Source: Felis catus
Taxonomy: Eukaryota
Direction of reading: 5' to 3'
NCBI RefSeq assembly: GCF_018350175.1
Contig: NC_058369.1
Coordinates: forward strand, 18,478,001-18,542,000
Length of the DNA: 64,000 nt
Under the pieces are notes generated by a model, which was not told where the DNA came from, did no database searches, and saw only the letters and a list, made by a program, of their open reading frames with translations. Made by a program: the position numbers and the translations under genes. The first letter of the stretch is position 1; each line of letters begins with the position of its first letter. Positions 14,401-29,198 of this stretch are shown in pieces.

Positions 14401-16419
14401 GAGCGTGGTTAAGATTCTCTCTCTTCCTCTACCTCTGCCTCTACCCCCTCAAGTGAGTGATTGCTCTAACAAATAAACAAACAGACAAACAGGATGGGAC
14501 TGGCTTTGCTGCTTAGAAACACAGTGCTGGGAATGAATGGCAAGATGACACCTTTGTGGAAACCACCATCTTCCTTCCGCAAGAGGAAACGGGCTGTTGG
14601 GACATAAACTTTCTCCCCTGAACAGCAGTGAGGACAGAAGGTAAGAATGTTTTTTTTGTGTGTGATGTGCAAATCCTGGCCAACATGGTCATAAGTACTT
14701 GGAGCAATGCTCCTTTTCAGGGTGACTCCTTGGCTGGGACTGCTAATGAAGCACTTTCCAAAGCATATACCTCACTGGCCCTATCAGAGGCCCAGGATTT
14801 TGGAGGACAACCACAAGATAAACTTCACTGCCATATCTCATAGTGCTAATCGCATGCTGGTTGTGGCTCTCAACTACATGTCTGCCTATTACCTAACATA
14901 CAACTTCAAAAAAAGACCAAAACACTATACTAACCATTCTTCTGGACTTCTTTTTAATAATACAAATGGTGTCAGAAGTTTCAAAATCTGCTATACTGCA
15001 ACAAATCCTAACAAACTGTGTGGACCTTCATGAGTGACCATGATACCTTACACTGGTATATCACAATGCCCTTCTCATACATTTGGCAGGAACTTATTTG
15101 ATCCTGAACTTCCAAAGGCAGATATAATTGTCATTCATTCCCATTTTATCAATGGAGAAAGAAGCTTAAGAGTTATTTGAATTTACTGAATGTAAGGCCA
15201 GTATGTTACTAAGACACATTAATTTTCAAACTGAAAAACCATTCTGGCCTAAGGTCTACAGTTGCCCATGTACTTTTAGAGAGGCTGCTGAAATGTAATC
15301 TGTGCAACAGGGACAGACAACAAAGGATTTACTCCTTGCCAAAGAGGCCTACAAGTCAATCATACTCCAACTCTATTAGCCTATATTTCTGCCAGCAAAC
15401 AGATAAACTAGGACACATCTACAAACGTAAGCAAACGTTGTGGAAGGACACCTAACTGGTTACACGGTGGAGGGTGTGTGGGGGTGGATGGGAATAGACA
15501 CATGTGAAAAGAAGCTATTCTATTAAAGTGTGTGTATACACACACACAAAATCTTTCTTAAAAATAGCTTTACTGAAATATAATTCATATACCATACAAT
15601 TTACACATTTAAAGTATACAATTCTGGGGATCAAATGTACAGCATAGTGATTACAGTTAATACTGTATTACACACTTGGAAGTTGCTAAGGAGTAAATCT
15701 TAAATGATCTCACCACAAAAAAATTTGGTGATTATATGAAATGATGCAGGTGTCAGCTAATGAATAAAAAAAAAAACCACTTTGTACACCTTCAATGTAC
15801 ACAATGTTTTATGTCAATTATATCTTAATAAAGCTGGAGAAAACTATACAATTCAATGGGTTTTGGTATATTACGTTACTAATGTTTAGAAGTTGTGATA
15901 ATATATAACAAAATTTGCCATTTTAACTATTTTTTTCATGTTTTACTTATTCATTTTTGACACAGAGAGTGAGTCAGAGAGAGAAAAAGAGAAAGAGAGA
16001 AAGAGACAGAAAGGAAGAATCCCAAGCATACTCTGTGCTGTCAGTGCAAAGCCCAACATGGGGCTAGGTCTCACAAACGCGATCACGACCTCAGCCAAAT
16101 GAGTGAGATGCTTAACCGACTGAGCCACCCAAGGACATTGTAACTAATTTTTTTTACCTTTTTTTTTTTTTTCCTTTTTGGAGACACGGTGGGGGGGGGG
16201 AAGAGGGGGGTGAGAGGGGGGGGGAGGGAGGGAGGGAGAGAGAGAGAGAGGGAGAAAGAGAGAATCTGAAACAGGCTCCAGGCTCTGAGCTGTCAACACA
16301 AAGCCCGACACGGGGCTCAAACCCACAAACCATGGGATCATGACCTGAGCTGAAGTCAGAAGCTTAACTGACTGAGCCACCCAGGCACCCCCCATTTTAA
16401 CTATTTTTAAGTATACAAC

Positions 16420-17383
16420 TGTAATACTGTGATTTATATATATTTGGTCTTAGTCTCTGTTCCTGGCATATGGCTCCTGAAAGTCTTGTAATTTCCTAAA
16501 TTACATGAACAATGGGAGGATTTTTTGTTATATTTGGTCTTTTGTCTTCAAATAGCTCCAGTTCCTGAAACAGCTCTGGGATGATCGATCAAAGTGAAAG
16601 GAGTGTCTCACGATTCATAACAAACTCTACTCAACCACACCTGAGCTTATGTCAGTGAAGTGACTTTGGAAAATCCCTAAAAATGGGGGCTGGTTGCCAG
16701 GAAAACCAACCTTGTGATTAGGGAGTTGCAACTTTGAGTGCCTGCCCCCCAACCTAGGGTAGAGAAGAGGGGCTGGATGTTGAAGCAATCACCAAAAGCC
16801 AATGATTTAATCAATTGTGCCTACTTAAAGCCTCCAAAAAACCAAAGGGCAGGATTCAGAGAGCTTCCAGGTTGGTGGAGATGTGCAGGGATTGAGAGAG
16901 TGGCACATCTTGGGTGGGCAGGCAAGCAAGCTCCACGCGCCCCTTTCCACATATCTTGCCCTACGCATCTGGCTGTTCTTGGGTTATATCCTTTTATAAT
17001 AAACTGGTAATCTAACAAAATATTTTCTTGAGTTCTGTGAGCTGTTCTGGAAAATTGGCTTCCAGGAAGAGATCACGGTAACATGGAATTTATATTCAGT
17101 CAGTGAGAAATACAGGTAACAACCTGGACTTGCTACTGAGGTCTGAAGTGGGGAGCTGTGGGGCAGTCTTGTGGGACTGAATGTTTAACCTGTGGGATCT
17201 GATGCTAACTCCAGGTAGATAGTGTCAGAACTGAACTGAACTGTAAGACATCAGTCAGTGTTGCAGAAATGTTTGGTGGGGGACCCTCCTCCATATTTGG
17301 TGACCAGAAGTACGAGAAATGGAAGATGTTATAGTGGCGTACTGAGAATAAAGATACAAACAGGAGATGTTTTTTCCTTTACA
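16420..17383 (+). mobile_element. Solo LTR, MER21-like
   Basis: Starts TG and ends CA, flanked by acaac/acaat (5-bp TSD, 1 mismatch), with internal AATAAA at 16998-17003. Motifs such as gggggctggttgccaggaaaaccaacc and gcagtcttgtgggactga...ctgtgggatctgatgctaactccaggtagatagtgtcagaa resemble MER21-family LTRs. The host L1 sequence resumes on both sides. Confidence 0.75.
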
Positions 17384-18548
17384 ACAATTCATTAGCAATA
17401 ATTACATTTACAATGTTGTGCAATCATTGCCACTATTTATTTTCAAAGCTTTTTCATCACCTCAAAGAGAAACATCACCATTAAGCAATAACTCCCCATT
17501 CTTCTCTCCCCTTAGCCCTTGATAAACTACTCTAATCTACTGTCTCTATAAATTTGCCTGTTCTACATATGTCATATAAATGAAATTACACAATATTTGT
17601 CATTTGTTCTTACTTCACACAGCATAATGTTTAATGTTCATCGATGTTGTAGCATGTATCAAATTTCATTCCTTTTTATGGCTGCACTAATTTTCCATTG
17701 TGTGGATATATCACATTTTATTTGTCCAGTCACCTGCTGATGGATACTTGACATTACTTTCACCTTTTAGCTACTGTAATAATGCTGCAATGAACACTGG
17801 TATACAAGTAAGTATCTGCTCAAGTCTCTGCTTTCAACTCCTTCGAACAAATATACACCTAGGAGTGGAACTGTTAGGCATTCTATGTTTAGCTTTTTTA
17901 AGAACTGCCAAAATGTTTCCTACAATAGCTGTACCATTTTACATTCCCATTGGCAATGTACAAAGATTCCAATTACTCCACATCCTTGTCAACACTTGTT
18001 ATTTTCTTTTTTGTTTTTTTAATTATTGCCATTTAAGTGGGTGTGAAGTGGTATCTTATATGGGTTTTTTTTTTTTTAATGTTTTATTTGGTTTTTGAGA
18101 GAGAGCGAGAGAGTGAGAGAGAGAGAGAACAAGCAGGGGAGGGGCAGAGAGAGAGAGAGAGATACACACAGAATCCGAAGCAGGCTCCAGGCTCTGAGCT
18201 GTCAGCACAGAGCCCAATGTGGGGCATGAACTCACGAATGGCTGAGAGATCGTGACCTGAGCTGAAGTCGGATGCTTAACTGACTGAGCCACCTAGGCGC
18301 CCCTTGTATTTCATATGGTTTTGATCTGCATTTCCCTAATGACTAATAATGTTGAGCATCTTTTCATATGCTTATTGGCCATTTGTAAATCTTCTTTGGG
18401 AAAACATCTATTCAAATCCATTGCCCATTTTTGAACTGGATTGTTTCCACTATTTTGTTTGTTTCCACTTTCTTGACGGTGTCCTTTGAGACACATAAGT
18501 TTTTAATTTTGATAAAGTCCAATATCTAATTTTTTCCTTGACTGCTGA

Positions 18549-19030
18549 TACTACAACCTTGAATTGCGAATAACTTGTTCTGCGAGTGTTCCACAAGATA
18601 AGCAAACATTTCTAATAAATTTTAACTTGATAAGTGAGTGGTGTCTTGCAATATGGGTGGTTTGTGATGCCAAATGTCACGTGATCACAACTGAGCCAAT
18701 AGTTCTTGAAATTCGCTTTAAAAAAAAATTTTTTTTTTTTAATGTTTATTTATTTTTGAGAGAGACAGAGACAGAATGCGAGTGGGTTAGGGGCAGAGAG
18801 GGAGGGAGACACAGAAGCAGAAGCAGGCTCCAGGCTCTGAGCTGTCAGCACAGAGCCCGATGCGGGGCTCGAACTCACAAACCGTGAGATCATGACCTGA
18901 GCTGAAGTCGGACGCTCAACCGACTGAGCCACCCAGGCGCCCCTTGAAATTCGCTTTGATATACAAGTGCTTTGGATTACAAAGCATGTTTCCGGAATGT
19001 ATTATGCTCACAAACCAAAGTTTTACTGTA
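18549..19030. mobile_element. Non-autonomous Tc1/mariner (Tigger-like) DNA transposon fossil with a nested SINE
   Basis: Degenerate terminal inverted repeats (acaaccttgaattgcga versus tcacaaaccaaagttttactg) with a TA flank. The nested SINE has a 14-bp TSD ttgaaattcgcttt (18706-18719, 18944-18957). Confidence 0.5.
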
Positions 19031-21331
19031 ATTTGTGTCATATCTAGGAAATCACTGCCAAATCCAAGGTCATGAAAAACCTAATGCTTTTTTCTTTAAA
19101 AAAAATTTGTTTAATGTTTATTTTTGGCAGAGAGAGAGACAGAGCATGAGTGGGGGAGGGGCAGAGAAAGAGGGAGACACAGAATCTGAAACAGGCTCCA
19201 GGGTCTGAGCGGTCAGCACAGAGCCCGACGCAGGGCTCGAACTCATGGACAGTGAGATCAGGATCTGAGCTGAAGTTGGACGCCCAACTGACTGAGCCAC
19301 CCAGGCACCCCCCTAATGCTTTTTTCTAAGCGTTGTATAGTTTTAATTCTTATGTCTTGAATACTGTTGATTTGTAATAAGTTTTGAAACCAGAAGGTGT
19401 GAGTCCTCCAACTGTTCTGTTTTCTAGATTGTTTTGGCTATTCTGGGTCCCCTGGATTTCCAAATGAATTTTAGGAGCAGCTTATTGATTTTTGCAAAGA
19501 AGGTAGCTGAGGTTTTTAATAAGGACTGCACTGAATCTATAGATCAATTTGAGAATTATTACCACCTTTACAGTATTAAGTCTTCAAATCCACGAAGACA
19601 AGATGTCTTTCCATTTATTTAGGTCATCTTTTGTTTTTTGCAGTCCTCTCCTTCCCAGCTTCCTTCTTCTCTTTACATATGCCTAAACCCATATATATTT
19701 AAAGGTGGAGAAGCCTGGTCTCTCACCACTTTGTAGGAAATAATAGGGAAATGCCAGAAATAGTAAACACTTAAAAATGCTATTACAAACTTTTTTACTT
19801 TTTATTTACACATTTAATCATCGTAACTGCCCTATGAGATAGAGCCTAGTATTCTCATTTCATAGATAAGGAAACTGAAATACAGAAAGATTAACTTGCT
19901 CAACTTAACTGGATTACTAGCCAGTAAGGGGCAGAAATGGACACTGAACAAATAAGCAATCTGTTCCAGAGTCCCTATTTCTAAACACTCCACTTTCTTG
20001 CCCTCCTTCCTCACCCTCAAATGTCAAGAAGCAATCCTATAGCTCGTAGTGTCCTTTTCTCCTTTGCCTACCCAAGTAAGCGTCAGTGACATTGTTAAAA
20101 ATTAAGTCAATATGTAACTTAGGGGTTGCCTGGGTGGCTCAGTTGGTTTAGCGTCTGACTTCGGCTCAGGTCAGGATCTCGTGGTTTGTGGGTTTGAGCC
20201 CAGGTTGGGCTCTGTGCTGACAGCTCAGAGCCTGGAGCCTGCTTCAGATTCTGTGTCTCCCTCTCTCTGCCCCTCCCTGACTCATGTTCTCTCTCTCAAA
20301 AATAAACATTAAAAATTAAAAAAAAAATGTAACTTAGGAGGATTGATTACTCTTCAATTATTTCTCATTGAGTTTTTGATTTTTTGATCCAAAGTCCTAT
20401 GGTTTTGGGGCACTTTGCTGGCTCACTAGACAGAGCATTCAAGTCTTGATACTGGGGTTATGAGTTCAAGTCTTATGTTGGGGGTAGAGATTACTTTTTT
20501 TTTTTTTAAGTCTTGTGGTTCTAAACCTATGTTATATTTATTTCATGTTTCCTAGCCTTTTATGATTTTTTTTGGCACCCATTCTTTTTAGAATGTCATT
20601 TACATAAAAAAAGGAAGAAAAGAATTGCCAAACATCAAGTATGTTTGAATTGCTATGAAGTTAGCAACTCTTGGTTCTAGTGTGTCTTAAGTCTGCTTAC
20701 TCTCACTGGGGGACAGATGGATGTCAAGCAAGGGTTGTGGCTTACGTAGCTACAGGAAACTCCGCTACAGTAAGACTGATAAGTGGTAGCCAGCCCTTTT
20801 CACACTTGTTTTTACAAGTCTGATGATTTCCTGTGGTAACTACAGCCTATTTGCACTCCTGCCTGCCTTGCTCATCTAGTTGCAGTGTGGAAGTGGTCTG
20901 TCCATCAGACATTTTTTAGCAGTTAAGAGTGGCTGCTTCCTGCACTTGGGGCAGGTAAACCACAATCACACATTAACATTCAATTGTCTCCATTTCACAT
21001 AGCAGTCTGGTAATTTCTTCATGTTTCTGTGACCATGATGTAGATGCATATATGTCTAAATAGCTTCCTGAAGGCTTTCTGGAGTGCTCATTTAGCCTAG
21101 AATTTAGTATACAACATTCTAGCCTTCCTAGTTTAACTGAATTGGAAATTAATAATAACTGCTCACTGGACAAAAAGTAAATACTGTAAGACACTAATGA
21201 CTGACCTAATGCCCTATATTTTTAATCCTAAAATCATTATTTTTCAATTAACAAAATAACTTGTTAAGGCAAGTATCTAGCCATAACACTTCAACTAGCT
21301 GCTATTTCCTTAAGAATCCTGGGTTTCTAGT

Positions 21332-21513
21332 TAGTGGTTCTGAAAGTGGTCCTCAGACTAGTGCTATCAACCTCACCTGACAACCTGAAAGAAATGCAAA
21401 TTCTCAGCTCTGACTACAAACCTACTGAATCAGAACTAAGAGTGAGTCCATTAATCTGGGTTTAAACAAGCCCTCCAGGTATTTCTGACTCATGCTCAAC
21501 TTTAAGAACCTCT
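21332..21513. mobile_element. MER5A-like hAT-Charlie MITE
   Basis: agtggttct...agaacctctg termini with internal agaaatgcaaattctcag, cctactgaatcagaa and tttaaacaagccctccaggt. Confidence 0.7.
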
Positions 21514-22334
21514 GAGTTAGTGTATGTGTAGCTTTACTGTATGGGTAAAATGAAGTACCTACCCACCACGTATCCAGAGCTAAATTTTACTGAGTCTTAT
21601 AATTTCTCTGAAATCTTTTTATCTGCTTCTTAGTGATTGTCTGAGCTACTCTTTTGGCTTCTATTATAAAATCTCAATCTACATTTTAGAATGTTTCATA
21701 GGAATCTTATTTCTCCAATCAGATTGAATTTTAATCCAAAGTAATCCTTTTTCAAAAAAGCAGCTTTCTAAAATGGCCAATAAACACAGGAAAAGGTATT
21801 CAAAGGTTGAGTGAAAAGATATCCGATGTTCATGAATTTAAGGACTTGACTTTAAGAGAGAGTGAGCATGAGCAAGGGAGAGGGAAAGAGAGAGACACTG
21901 GGATCATGACCTGAGCCTAAACCAAGAGTTGGACGTTCATCTGACTGAGCTACCAGTCACCCCAAGGACTTGATACTTTTAATATAACAGTACTGTACAA
22001 AATGATCTACAGAAGGGCGCCTGGCTGGCTGGGTCAGTGGGGCATAAGACTCTTGATCTCAGGGTCATGAGTTTGAGCCCCACACTGGATGCAGAGATTA
22101 CTTAGAAATTTTAAAAATACACAGGGACCCCTGGGTGGCTCAGTTAGGTGTCTGACTCTTGATTTCGGCTCAGGTCATGATCTCATGGTACATGGGATTG
22201 AGCCGTGGTGCCGGGCTCTGCAAGGACAGCACAGAGCCTGCTTAGAAATCTCTCCCTGCCCCACCCCTGCTCGGTGCAAGCTTGTACACCTCTCTCTCTC
22301 TCAAAATAAATATTTAAAATAAAAATAATAATAA

Positions 22335-23746
22335 TGGCACAAAAACAGACACTCAGACCAATTAAACAGAATAGAGAACCCAGAAATGGGCCCACAAATG
22401 TATGGGCAACTAATCTTTGACAAAGCAGGAAAGACTATCCAATGGAATAAAGACAGTCTCGTCAGCAAGCGGTGCTGGGAAAACTGGACGGAGACATGCA
22501 GAAAAATGAACCTGGAACACTTTCTTACACCACACACAAAAATAAACTCAAAATGGATGAAAGACCTAAATGTAAGACAGGAAGCCATCAAAATCCTTGA
22601 GGAGAAAGCAGGCAAAAACCTCTCTGACCCTGGCTGCAGCAACTTCTTACTCAACACGTCTCCAGAGGCAAGGGAAACAAAAACAAAAATGCACTACTGG
22701 GACCAAAATAAAAAGCTTCTGCACAGCGAAGGAAACAATCAGCAAAACTAAAAGGCAACCGACAGAATGGGAGAAGATATTTGCAAATGACATACCAGAT
22801 AAAGGGTTAGTATCCAAAATCTATAAAGAACTTATCATACTCAACACCCAAAAAACAAATAATCCAGTGAAGAAATGGGCAAAAGACATGAATAGACACT
22901 TCTCCAAAGAAGACATCCAGATGGCCAACCGACACATGAAAAAATGCTCCACGTCACTCATCATCGGGGAAATACAAATCAAAACCACAATGAGATATCA
23001 CCTCACACCTGTCAGAATGGCTAACATTAACAACTCAGGCAACAACAGATGTCGGCAAGGATGCGGAAAGAGAGGATCTCTTTTGCATTGCTAGTGGGAA
23101 TGCAAACTGGTGCAGCTACTCTGGAAAACAGTATGGAGGTTCCTCAAAAAATTGAAACCAGAACTACCCTACGACCCAGCAATTGCACTACTCAGTATTT
23201 ATCCAAGGGGTACAAGTGTGCTGTTTCGAAAGGACACATGCACCCCCATGTTTATAGTAGCACTATCGACAATAGCCAAAGTATGGAAAAAGCCCAAATG
23301 TCCAGTGGATGAAGAATATGTGGTGTGTATGTATACATATACATACACACACACACACATATATATATACATACAAACACAAAATGGAGTATTACTTGGC
23401 AATCAAAAAGAAATGAAATCTTGCTATGTGCAACTACATGGATGGAACTGGAGGGTATTCTGCTAAGTGGAATTAGAGAAAGACAAATATGACTTCACTC
23501 CTATGAGGACTTTAAGATACAAAATAGGTGAACATAAGGGAAGCAAAAATAATATAAAAACAGGGAGGGGGACAAAACATAAGAGACTCTTAAATATGGA
23601 GAACAAACAGAGGGTTACTGGAGGGGTTGTGGGACGGGGGGACAGGCTAACGGGTAAGGAGCATTAAGGAATCTACTCCTGAAATCACTGTTGTACTATA
23701 TACTAACTTGGATGTAAATTAAAAAAATAAATTAAATTTTAAAAAG
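22335..23746 (+). mobile_element. 5'-truncated carnivore LINE-1 (3' end of ORF2 plus 3'UTR)
   Basis: Frameshifted ORF2 C-terminal peptides ([68 protein letters not shown]). AATAAA and A-tail at ~23726-23746. Perfect 13-bp TSD aaaataataataa at 22322-22334 and 23747-23759. Confidence 0.93.
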
Positions 23747-24070
23747 AAAATAATAATAAACAAATGGGATAAGATAAAGACACCAGAAATAAACCTTCAC
23801 AAATATGGCCAATTGATTTTTGACATGGTACCAAAATATTCTATGAAAAAGGACAGTCTTTTCACTAAACAGTGCTGGGGGAAACCATATATTCACATGT
23901 AGAAGAATTTAGACTCAGGACACCTAGGTAGCTCAGTTGGTTAAGCATCCAACTCTTGGCTTCGGCTCAGGTCATGATCTCATAGTTCATGGTTTTGAGC
24001 ATCTTGTTGAGATCTGTGCTGACAGCGCAGAGCCTGCTTGGGATTCTGTCTCCACCTCAAAATAAACTTT

Positions 24071-26285
<2,215 letters not shown>

Positions 26286-28053
26286 ATAAAAACTTTAAAA
26301 AAATCTTAAAAAAAACTGTAACTGTCTACAAAGCTGGCTTCATTAAGCAATTAAGCAATATAACAAATAAGAACTTCACTGAGAGGTAAGTAAGAAAGAT
26401 GTTGGGATAGAGAAATCAGCTCAGGGATCAAAGATCAAAAACTTAAGTCAGGGGCACCTGGGTGGTTCTGTAGGTTAAGTATCTGATTCTTAATTTCGGA
26501 TCAGGTCATGATCGTAGGTTCATGGGTTCAAACCCTGTGCTGACAGTGTGGAGCCGGCTTGGGAGTCTGTGTCCCCCTCCCCTGCTTGCATGCCCGTGTG
26601 CTCGCTTGCATGCTCTCTCTCTCTCAAAGTAAATAAAATAAATAAACTTAAAAAAAAAAAAAAAGGAAATTTAAGCCTGGATCACAAAGCCATCCTGGAT
26701 CACAAAGATACCTCCTGGCTATTAAGGACTGCACTGCATTAGCAATGTTTTCCAACAAAGTTCTCTGAAACTGAAAGTCACCTCTAAGTCTCCAGGTAAA
26801 GGGTCCAATTCACTGTATTCCATTATCATCTGCATCACAATATAATTTTATACAAAGTAAAGGCATATTTGGTCCTAGACACATCTTCCTTCTGCCTAGG
26901 AATCCTCCCCACCTCTTGTCTATCTAGTAAATATTCACCTTCCAAAATAACAAAAATCATATTTTTTAAGTTTTTTTTAAGTAATCTCTACACCCAGTGG
27001 GGGCTCAAACTCATGACCCTAAGATCAAGAGTGGCACGATCTTCCAATTGAGCCAGCCAGGCACCCCAAAAGTCACTTCTTTCCTGATCTCTGCCATTTC
27101 CTTTTCCCTCCCTACACAACCTCCTTCATAAATATCTTCACATTTATTTACCACTCTTATTTAACGGAGATTCTCTTTACTAAATTGAAAGCTAATTTAG
27201 GGCATGGGTAGTATTATTCATCTTTATACCACCAATGCCAGGGGCACATGGATGGATCAGTCTGTTGAGTGTCCAACTTTGGGTCAGGTCATGATCTCAT
27301 GGTTTGCGGGTTTGAGCCCCGAGTTGGGCTTGGCGCTGACAGCACCTGCTTCAGATTCTCTGTCTCCCTCTCTCTGTCCCTCCCTCCCTTCCCTGCTCAT
27401 ATGCCAGCTCTCTCTCAAAAATAAATAAACATTAAAAAAAAGAAAAGTGTACCACCAATGATGGACATCATTAGGCTACCTATGTGTGTTTCCTGAATGG
27501 GAAAAAAAAAAAAAAAAAAAACAACGCACAAAAAACACTATGTAATCTACCAGTGGCTGCTATATACAGAAAAAAAATTTCAATTTCAATCCACCTTTCA
27601 AAGGAAGTACATGTGAAGCTCTACTCAATACCATGAAGAAAGACTTCCCTCATATCTGAATCATACATAAGCAGGGAGGAAGCCAAAAACTTCTACAAGT
27701 TATAAACTGGAATATAAAAATAGTGGGAAAAGTATATAGGGGGAGAAGAATTATTGTTTGAAGCACTTTGAACGCAAGAAAGAGAATGTTAAGTCTGCAT
27801 TCTCGGGCACCTGGGTGGCTCAGTCAGTTAAGCGTCCAACTTCAGCTCAGGTCATGATCTCACAGTCTGTGAGTTCAAGCCCCACGTCGGGCTCTGTGCT
27901 GACAGCTCAGAGCCTGGAGCCTGCTTCAGATTCTGTGTCTCCCTCTCTCTCTGCCCCTCCCCTGCTCATGCTCTGTCTCTGTCTCAAAAAATAAATAAAA
28001 ACATTAAAAAAAAAAGTCTGCACTCTCTTCCAAAGACGGTACTATCATAGTTT

Positions 28054-28250
28054 TACTGCCCAACACAGTAGCCACTAGTCACGTGTCTATTTCTTAATTA
28101 ATATTTTAATTAATTGAAATTTAAAAATTCACTTCCTTTGTCCCAATGACACATTTCAAATGCTCAACAGCCACACAGGACTATTGTGTGGACAAGACAG
28201 ACACAGAACATATCCATTATCACAAAAGGTGTAATTCTAAACAATTCTGC
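28054..28250. mobile_element. MER3/MER33-like hAT-Charlie fragment
   Basis: cagtagccactagtcacgtg...cacatttcaaatgctcaacagccacac...agaacatatccattatcaca. Confidence 0.6.
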
Positions 28251-29140
28251 CATGGCTGTTTGGCAGACGCAGGATTCTTATTCAATGTTCTCCTCATTTT
28301 CTTGCATGCTACAAAGATCTTCCAAAGAAAATATACCCATAATTTCATGCTATAGGTTTCCTAGAAAACATTTACAGCAAACATCAGGTCATTTAAAGAT
28401 AAATTCTGGCAGGCACTCCCACTCATCCCTCATGCCTCCTCCAAGTCAGTCCACTCTTCCACCCACTACTTCAGAAGGATGACAATCACCTCCTTCCTTG
28501 ACAGGTCCAGCCTTGTCTAAATTCTTATCTCCTTACATCTGATCAGCCTAACACAAACCTAGAGTTTTTAATGGGCCATTCCCTGTTGCTAGAGAGCAGC
28601 CTTATCTGAAAGAAAGTCTTAGAGAAAACAATACAATGTAATTAAGTGCTGTAACACAAGTTCTTCCTCTCCTGTACGAACAAAGAGAAAGTAAGCAATT
28701 CTGCTAGAGGCTTCAGAGAAGGTAACATCTGACCTAGACCTTGAAGCATGAGGACAAGTAACCTGAGAGGAGTTGAGAGTGGTAATGGCTTAGGAATACT
28801 TCCTAATGTGAGGAACAGCCTGAGCAAATGACCTCAATGACCCTAAATATAAAAATTCAGAGGGGCGTCTGGGTGGCTCAGTTGATTAAGTGTCCAACTC
28901 TTGATTTTAGTTCAGGTCATGATCTTATGGTTTGTGGGTGCAAGTTCCACACAGGGCTCCATCGGGCTCTGTGCTGTCAGCAAGGGATTTTCCCTCTCCC
29001 TCTCTGCTCCTCCCCTGCTTGCACACTCTCTCTCAAAATAAATACACACACACAAAAAAAAAATTCAGAGAGGAGGGACACCTGCCTGGCTGGCTCAATC
29101 TGTAGAGTGTGCACCCATGTTGGGTGTAGAGATTACTTAA

Positions 29141-29142
29141 AA

Positions 29143-29197
<55 letters not shown>

Positions 29198-29198
29198 A
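29141..29198. repeat. (AAAT)n tetranucleotide repeat in a SINE tail
   Basis: About 14 perfect AAAT units. Confidence 0.9.

Larger units (their letters stand above)
15890..19630 (-). mobile_element. Old LINE-1 3' region hosting a solo LTR, a DNA transposon and several SINEs
   Basis: Reverse-strand L1 motifs (ctgtaccattttacattcccattggcaatgt, tttgatctgcatttccctaatgactaataatgttgagcatcttttcat, gcactgaatctatagatcaattt). Boundaries approximate. Confidence 0.75.

Noticed and set aside
17291..17300. Perfect CArG box CCATATTTGG in the LTR, tempting as RhoA-SRF feedback
   Set aside because: Several such 10-mers are expected by chance in 64 kb of AT-rich DNA, and there is no supporting context.
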